Both the position numbers and the translations under genes were made by a program. The notes under the pieces are model-generated. The model did no database searches, was not told where the DNA came from, and was given only the letters and a program-made list of their open reading frames with translations. Shown here in pieces: positions 1-9,000 of a stretch of 64,000 bases of DNA. Every line of letters starts with the position of its first letter. Within the stretch, counting starts at the first letter, position 1. Origin of the DNA: a virus (Duplodnaviria > Caudoviricetes); IMG/VR virus record IMGVR_UViG_3300013901_000014, positions 14,875-78,874 of that record. The stretch is one strand, 5' to 3'.

Positions 1-3000
1 TTGAACGGCATTGTGAACGCCAAGTTGGCCGAGGAGAAGGGCAAAGGCGGTGAAGGCAGGAAGAAGGACTATGTGAAGATAGTGTTGTACACCGAGGACG
101 GGCGGACGTGGAAATACGGTGTTGTGCTGGATGACAAATATGCGCCCAAGAAGACTTCGACCGGCTCCATGCCGTTCTACCTTGGTGACGGCTTCGGCAC
201 GCGGAAGGAGGCGCAGGCATTTGTGGATAAGCACCGCGAGGAGTGGGACGCCAAAATAGCAGACATAGAGAAGGCGCGCCGCGACTTTGTGTATTTCAAA
301 GGCACCGGCGAGCGCACCGGCCAGGACTGGCGCAAGGGTGCTGACGTGAGTGCGGAGCAACTGATGGAGCAGTTCGGCTTCCGCGGCGTGCAGTTTGGCA
401 ACTGGACCAACCAGCGCGACCGGCAGGCTGCGGTGAACGGTGCCTTTGACGCCCTTATGGACTTGGCGCAGATATTGGGAGTGTCGCCGCGCGCGCTGAG
501 CCTGAACGGCGAGCTTGGCCTTGCGTTCGGCTCGCGCGGCGGCGGCAGCGCGAAGGCCCACTACGAGCCGGACGAGGTGGTGATTAACCTCACCAAGACA
601 CAGGGGGCGGGCTCGCTGGCCCACGAGTGGTGGCATGCGCTGGACAACTACTTCGCGCGCCACGGCAACGTGAAGGGCGGCATGGTGACCGAGTCGAAGG
701 GCATAGCGATGCGCGACGAGCTGCGGGAGGCGTTCAACGCCCTCATCGACAGCGTGGCGGGCAGCGACTACAACATCCGCTCGCGCCAGCGCGGCGCCAG
801 CTATTGGGGCCGGCCCGCTGAGGAGACCGCGAGGCTGTTTGCCGCGTGGGTGAGCGACGAGCTGCAGAAGCGCGGCTTGTCGAGTCCGTTCCTTTCTGAC
901 ACCGACCCCGGTGCTGCCGAGCGGTATGCCGAGATGATGTATCGCTTATACAAGGCGATGTATGAGAGTCGCAAGGCGGAGACCGGCGGCAAGGCGATGA
1001 CTTTTGAGGAGTTCAAGAAGACGCCGCTGGCTCTGAGCGGGTTTGTGTTTCCCGGCACGGAGGAGCTTGCGGCATTCGGCGGGCATCTGCGAAACATCTT
1101 CAACACAGTTCAGGAGAAGGTGGACGGGCAGACCGGCAAGACGCTGCTGTATCACCGCGGTCCGGTGGTGGCCGAGCCCAACGAGGCCGAGCAGGCTCTG
1201 CTGGAGGCGGTGAACGGTGTGCTGAAGGACACCGGCATCGAGGTGGTGACCGACACGGACGAGGGCCAGAAAGTGCTGGACGCGGCCAACGGGAATGATG
1301 TCAAGCTGGAGGCGAGCCACAGAAGCGGGGAAGCGGAGGAGCGCAACAAGATGTGGCGCCTCATAGACCGCGCAACGGCCATGTTTACAGGCAAAACAGA
1401 GAAGGAGGCGCGTGAGGCCCGCCGCAAGGAGATGCAAAAAATCACTGCTGAGAGGAAAGAAATGTACGACAGGGTTTTGTCGGGAAACTTCGATGAAGTA
1501 ACTTTGCGGCAGATAGACAACTACATCGATAATTTCTCACCCTACAACAATGAATGGAGACCAATTTCTAAACGACTTCCACAGAAGGCACTACGAGGCT
1601 TGCGAAAAGGAGAACGCGCGAGTGCGGTCGATGTACTTTTCTCACGAATATCTGAAAGCGCAGTCCCAAAGAATGAACGAGCTGGTGCAGAAGGAAAGAG
1701 AAGAATTGAGGAGAAAAAGAAAGAACTCCTCAAAAAGTGGGCAATAGCCACCGGCAACTGGCACACAAGTGTGTCGGACTTCACCGATGCCAAAGAGCCG
1801 CTTGGCAGCGGAAAAGACTCTGACGTATACCAGTCCAAAGACGGAAAGCACGTAATCAAAGTGTCGAAAGGCAAGGACGGCCTTAAGAAGTTCCGCCCCG
1901 ACATTGATGCTGTAACGCTGTTCAACTACATATTCCCTGAAAGTAGATACGAGATTCTGGGCTATGGCGAGGTTGACGGCAAGTTCGTGAAGTTCCTCAA
2001 GCAGCCAGTAGTGGACTTCACCGGCAGCAAACCGCTGTCGGCGGAGGAGCGTGTCGCCTATATGGCCGACATGGGCTTCAAGCCCGTCAACAAGGAGAAG
2101 ACCGCTTTCAGCAACGGCACTATCGTGGTTGCCGACCTGCAGGGCAACAACATCGTCAGAGACAAGTCGGGCAACATCCGCGTGATTGACGCAGACGTGA
2201 AGCTGCACACCAAGGACTTTGGCGGGCAGTACAGCTATCCGCCCGTTGAGGCCGACACCGCCCTGCCTCAAGCCAACAACGGCGGCAATGAAAAGCCGCG
2301 CATGCAGAAGGTGTACCACGGCAGTGGGGCGGACTTCGACGAGTTCGACAACTCGCACATGGGCGAGGGCGAAGGCGCGCAGGCATACGGCTGGGGCACA
2401 TACGTGACCGAGGTTGAGGGAATTGGCCGGACTTATGCGAAAGCGACTGCCCGTTATGATGACAACTCGTCGGAGGAAGTGCTGAATAGGGTCGAATCTT
2501 TGGCCGCAGATTTGATTAAAGACCGCTTCGGCTTTAGGCCGGGGCTTAGCGTTTCGGCCCGCGGTGACAACTACGACTTGGAAATTCCATCGGACAAAAA
2601 GACACTGGAGCAGATTAAATCATATTTCGACGAGTATCCGTATATGTGGAATGCGAAAGTCGACAGGGAATTGAGTTCGTTCAATCTGGACGATGCCGCT
2701 TCAAGAAGAGAGTTTGCCAACTGGGTTTATGAAATTGTTGAGCCGTTTGCGGCGGACGCCGTAGGCTATGCGCAGAAAGAAGAGACCGCCTCCCGCCACC
2801 TCTATACTGTTGAAATTCCCGATGACAACGGCGAGAACTATATTGATTATAATGGCAGGATAAGCGACATTCCATCACAGAAAATAGATGCAATATGCAC
2901 GGAGCTTGAAAAACTCGGATGGAAACGTAAGGACTTGCCGAGCATGGTAAGGCTCACGGATGGCTATGGCAATATAGTACTTAATCCCAATGCTGCGGGA

Positions 3001-6000
3001 GCAGACCTCTACGAGGAGATTAAGGTTGCGTTGAAGAGTCAGAAACTGGCGAGCGAACTGCTGTCAAGAGCCGGCTTTGCCGGCATAAAATACCCTGCTG
3101 AGTATATGAGCGGCGGGCGCAAGGACGGCGCCAAGAACTATGTGATTTTCAACGAGAAGGACGCAAGGATAACCGACCACGTGCGGTTTTTCCGCACGTC
3201 CGGCGGCGAGGCCTACGGCTTCACGGTGGGCGGCAAGATATACGTGGACCCGCGCATAGCCACTGCCGACACGCCGATACACGAGTACGCCCACCTGTGG
3301 GGCGACATGATGCGCCGCGTCAACCCCAAGGCGTGGGGCGACATCGTGCGCCTGATGAAGGGCAAGGGCGGCCTTTGGGACTGGGTGAAGAAGAACTACC
3401 CGGAGCTGGAGACCGACGACGAGGTGGCCGACGAGGTGCTGGCGCAGTTCTCGGGCAAGCGCGGAGCCGAGCGGCTGCGCGAGGAGATGCGCAAGACTGC
3501 CGAGGGCAGCGGCAGCATAACCGAAAAGGCCAAAGCCATAAGCGCGCTGCAGCGGGTGAAGGAGGCCCTTGGCAGGTTTTGGCGCGGAGTGGCCGAGCTG
3601 CTGCACATACGCTTCACCACGGCCGAGGAGGTGGCCGACCGCGTGATGGCCGACCTGCTGCACGGCGTGGACCCGCGCAAGGTCTCTAACGACAACAGAT
3701 ACAACGAGTTTGCCGAAAAACACAAAGTAGACGCAAACGAGGTGAAGGACTATGCCACTGCCATTAAGGATGGCAACCTGATGGCCGCCAATAGGGCATT
3801 AAGTGAAATTCGCCGCACTTTGCGAGTGGCGCACAGGGAAATGAACCTGCAAGAGTTCGGCAAATTCTTTCGGCCAATAAATCAAGAACTGGCAGAGCGG
3901 TTCGGCGATATTGAAAAATTGCGTCAAGAACACATTGCAGCTGCAGAGCGAGAGCACAACGCTATGGAGGCTGCACGCAAGAAAGCCGAAGAGGAGGAAG
4001 CAAAGAAGAGGAAGCGTCAGGAAGAATTGTCAATGCTCACTGCCGACGAGATAGACAAACGCTATGCGGAAGCCCTTGAAAGAGGCGACGAGGCGGCGGC
4101 AAGAGAGATGCTTGACGAGGCTGCACGCCGCAATGGATATGGCGACACGGAGAGCGACTACCAGGGCGTGGGCGCATGGGTGGCCCCTTCCAACCCAGGC
4201 TATGAGAGTGATGAGGCGCGACGCGCCGATGTTGAGGACAATGCGCCTGACGTGAATTTGGAGGACATGGCGTTAGGGTACAACCTACAGCCGGATGACT
4301 ATTTTACGCACCCGGAGCGTTACTCACAGGACACGCCGCACGGACGGGAGTCGACGCAAGCCATACACGCCGCACTCGAAGCGCTGAAGAGAGGCGACAA
4401 GGATGTGAAGGTGAAGGTGTACAGAGCCGTGCCGACATCGGTGAAAGAGGGAAGTCTGAGAAACGGCGACTGGGTGACCCCATCGAGAAAGTATGCCGAG
4501 ATGCACGGAAAGAGCAGGCTGGAAGGCAAATACCGCATCATAGAAGACGAAGTCCCGGCCAAAGACCTTTGGTGGGACGGCAACGATGCCAACGAGTTCG
4601 GATATGATGACGGCAGGGGGTACAAGTACAAGAACACCAAGAACAACAGAAAGCTGAACGACTTGGTGACGCGCGATGATGACGGCAACATCATTCCACC
4701 GTCAAAGCGTTTTAACGAGCGTGAGCAAGATGTGCGCTATTCGCTGCGCCACGTGTTTGGCGGCAACAGCGGCTATGTGGGCTACTCGATGAGCAAGCGC
4801 GCGGCGCAGGCGCGTGAGGACGGACGCTATCCGAAAACCGACTTCCGGAAGGAGTACAGCGTGACGCCGAAGACCTTTGACGCGCTTGTGGACGCTGGCG
4901 TGATTGACAGCGGCGAGTGGCACCACACCAGCATGTATGGCAACAAGACTCCGTTCTACGGGTGGAAGCCCATGTATGACGCAGTGTATGCCGCCAACAA
5001 AAAGGAAGTTGACAAGATGGCGCGGACCCTCAAGATGCAGCAGACTGAGGCTGAGTTTTCGGACTACCTTGACAACGACAACCCTTACCGCTACCGTCCC
5101 ACTTCGGAGGAGTACCAGAAGAAGATGGGCGATATAGACCGGCAAGAGAGTCATGCCGCCAGAGACATAAACCTGATGTATGACGATGCCTACAACCCTG
5201 AGACCGAGCGGAAGAGGATGCAAGAGCTTCAATCGCTACGCGAAAAGAGCGGCAAACTTAAAGACGAGGTGCGCCGCCAATACCCCGAGGACGCAGCGAT
5301 AGAGGCCGAAAACAGGAAAGGTGTCGACTGGCACGTTGAGCAGATTGAGAAGCGCAACAAGGAGAGAGAAGCCCTAAGGCAGAAATTCCATGATTACTTT
5401 GACGCGAAGCGCGACGAGCTCGTGTACGATGAGATGGAAAAGGCTGGCATACTCACTATGGGCGCGGACGGCCCGCATTGGAGCAAGCCTAAATATGCAG
5501 AGATATTCAACCATTATAAAGACGCGGCCATTGACACCATCGCAGAGGCAATGGCTGAAAGGCTGAAGAACCCCTACGACGAGGACTATGCCGAAGGGAT
5601 TTCCGAATACCGGAAAGACCTGCAAAAGGTCAAGGCTGACAAATGGGCTGAAGGCAACGCCTTGAATGCAAAGTATAGGGACAAGGAGTTCCGAAAGCAA
5701 CACCCTGACTACTACAAGCGAGAAAAAATGCTTGAAGAGGAAAAAGAGCGGCTCAGAGAGAAGTATGAGGCTCTTGAGGAAGATGTGCTCAAGCGTCACC
5801 CGGAGGAGTTGGAACGTAGGCAGAAAGCGTTTGAGTGGCCATCTGATGAGGAGGCGCAGCAACAAGCCCGAGAGAAACTACTTGCCGAACGCTTGCAACA
5901 GTTCTTTGAGGAAGACACCGCCGACCCGGACGAGGGGAAGAAGTTTCGTCTGCTGGACGATGACGACCCGCAGGCTCAGGAGCTGTCGCTGCCCGAAGGC

Positions 6001-9000
6001 GAGCCCAAGGAGACGCTTGCGCAGGCCATGGTGCGCCGCGTGAAGGAGCTGGCGGCGAAGCTTGGCGCGAAGGTGCGCATCGTCACCAGCGCCGATGATC
6101 TGCCCAAGACTCCGGGCAGCCGCCAGCGCAGGATGAAGGGCATGTATGACACCCGGACGGGCGAGGTGACAATAGTGATTGGCAACCACGAGAACCTTGC
6201 CGACGTGGAGAACACGGTGCTTCACGAGGCTGTGGGGCACAGGGGCTTTCGCGTGCTGTTTGACACCAAGGAGAAGTTCGACCACGCCATGGACGAGCTG
6301 TACCGCGTGTCGGGCGGGAAAATCAGGAAGTGGATAGACGACAAAGTGCGCAAGCTGTATGACGACGAGGTGGACCGCATAATGGAGCGCAAGCGCAAGG
6401 AGCGCCGCGCCAGGGGCGAGGGCCCGAGCGAGCACCATTTGGAGGACATGGCCGCGGCCGCCATCGAGGCGAGCAAGAAGAAGGACCAGTTCCGCCGCGA
6501 GGCCACCGAGGAATACGGCGCCCGCCTGGCTGGCCGCATAGGCGAGAAGGGCTTTGAGAAGCTGAGCGCGGAGGAGCAGACCTTCTGGGGCAGACTGAAG
6601 TCGATGCTGCAGAAGGCGCTGCAGCGATTGGCCGAGGGGCTGAACATCACCGGCAGGCACGAGTGGACCGACAAGGACTGGGCCTACGTGCTGCACGAGG
6701 CTTACAAGCGCGAGAAGAACGGCGGCAAGCCGAGCATCTTTGACGAGGCCGACACCATAGCCATGCGCATGCGCACCGGCTTCGGCGAGGGCAAAGAGGA
6801 AGGCCGCAAGATGACCACCCTATCAGGGGAAGAGGCCAAGCAGGCTCTTAATGAGATTTTCAGCGCGGAGTCACATACGGTCAAGCCAGAGAAGATTTCG
6901 TCTCTTGCAAAGTTTAGGGATATATTCAGTAAGCCGATACGCACGTTTTTGGGTGAAGTTATAAAGGTCAAGGATGCCGTGTGGAACAAGGTCCTCCGCG
7001 AAAACCGACAGAACATTTCCGGTGCAATACTGCCCACTTTGCAAAATGCGGACTTCGCCATCCGTGATACGGACGGAAGCATACTGTATGTGAAGCGGTT
7101 CTTGAACAGTACGGGAGAATCCACCTATAACGTGGCGGTTGTAAACAAACATGGCGAACTGGAGGACTACATCAGTTCTGTTCACATAAAAACAAATAAC
7201 AACCTGCTGAACAAAATAGGAAAAGGTGCCGAACTGCTAATACCGGAAAACCGGAATGGCTATGGGCACGAAGTCCCAAGCAGTTCAACACCCGATGCAA
7301 AGATAGACATAGAAAACGAAAGCGGCAACACTTTCGGCTCGAATAAGTACAAAAAATCTTCTGATGAGAACCCGGACGAGGGCATGATGTTCCGCGACGG
7401 TGACGATGACGACATTGGCGATGTGGACCTTGGCGACGCTGTGGACAAGATGCGCGATGCGGCAGTGGAGAGCAACGCCAACAACCTGCAGGCCAAGCGC
7501 GAGGCGATGAAGGCCATAGGCGGCAACCTGAGCAAGCTGCGTCAGGCTATGTCGCGGCAGAAGGTGTATGACAAGGGCACTGTGAAGAGCGTGACCGACA
7601 TGGCGCGCGAGATGCTGCAAAACGGCATGCTTGACAAGCTGAGCGGCTACGAGGCCAAGCGCATACTCTCGGCCGCGGCCAACGTGACGGGCGCGGAGAA
7701 CACGGCCAGACAGATTAACAAGCTGATGGACGTGATGGTGGACAACCAGCTGCGCAACGCCGGCGACACATTCGGCAAGCTGCTGCACTCCAAGGGCACG
7801 CGCGTGAACGCAAGCGGCGTGGAGGTGCAGGGCAAGCTCGACCCCGACGGCGCGGCCATAGTGGACGCCCTGAAGAAAGGCGTGCAGCTTGACAAGGAGG
7901 AGCTGAACGGGCGCATCGGCAAAGCGCTTGACAAAATCGGCAGCGAGGACAAGGTCATTGCCGACCAGGCCGCCAACGAGCTGGCCGGCCTGCAGCTGGC
8001 GTCCCGCTACGTGGAGGACATCAAGGGCAGCAAAGCCGAAGAGACAGAACTGCGCGAGAGCCTGAAAGAGGCCAAGGCGCAGAAAGACGCCGGCAAGATG
8101 AGCGCGGAGGCCTACAAGCAGTATTGCGAAGCCACCGAAGATGCCATACGACAGAACAAGATAGAGCGTGCCGACGCCTACCGACAGCTGATTGCACAGC
8201 TTGGCGGAGTGATGGGAGAAAGCGCAGAGCGCGCCAAAGCGTGGCGGGAGGCCGAAAAGCAGCGGGTGCAGGACATTCAGCACAACGCCAACTCGGACAT
8301 GCAGGGCAGGCCGTGTAACGAGCACCACAAACCATCATCACTACAGAAGTTGTGCAACAGCGACCTTATAAGGGGTCTCTTGATGCCACTTGCGACCTTT
8401 GAGCAGATGCTGCGAATGTTCGGCAACAAGAACGTGCACGGTGAGGGCTATCTGTGGAACCGCTTTGTGCGCGGCTGGCTCCGTGCTTCGGAAAACGAAT
8501 ACAGCGGTTACCGCGACGCGCTGAAAGAACTTGACGACAAAGTGAGCGAGATATTCGGCAAGAAGATGCGCTGGGGCGACATATTCAGCCTTGAGCGCAA
8601 GCTGCCCACCATGGAGGTGAAGTTTTGGGACGGCGGAGAGATGAAGCCGCACACGCTGACGCAGGGCAACCTTGCATACATCTACATGGTGGACAAGATG
8701 AGCGACGGGCGCATGAAGCTGCGCGCGATGGGCATCACCGAAGGAGATGTGGAGCAAATCGCAAAAGCACTTGACCCGAAACTGAAGAAACTTGCCGACT
8801 GGATGCAGGACGAGTTCCTGGTGCAGAGGCGCAACAAGTACAACGAGGTGCACAAGCGCATGTTTGGGGCATCGATGGCCGCCATTGAGAACTACTTCCC
8901 GCTGAAGATACTCTCGGGTGCACGCACGGAGAACGTGGATGTGGCGGACGATACCGGTGAGCCTACAATGACATCCACCACCACTGGCAGCATTGTCAAG

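Noticed and set aside
5940-6030. Possible internal deletion in the polyvalent protein at SLPEGEPKE
   Set aside because: Suggested only by an abrupt composition change; cannot be supported without homologue alignment
6702-7185. Minus-strand ORFs as products of the 7298 antisense promoter
   Set aside because: The hairpin and U-tract at 7212-7238 would end the transcript before them; peptides look like shadow frames
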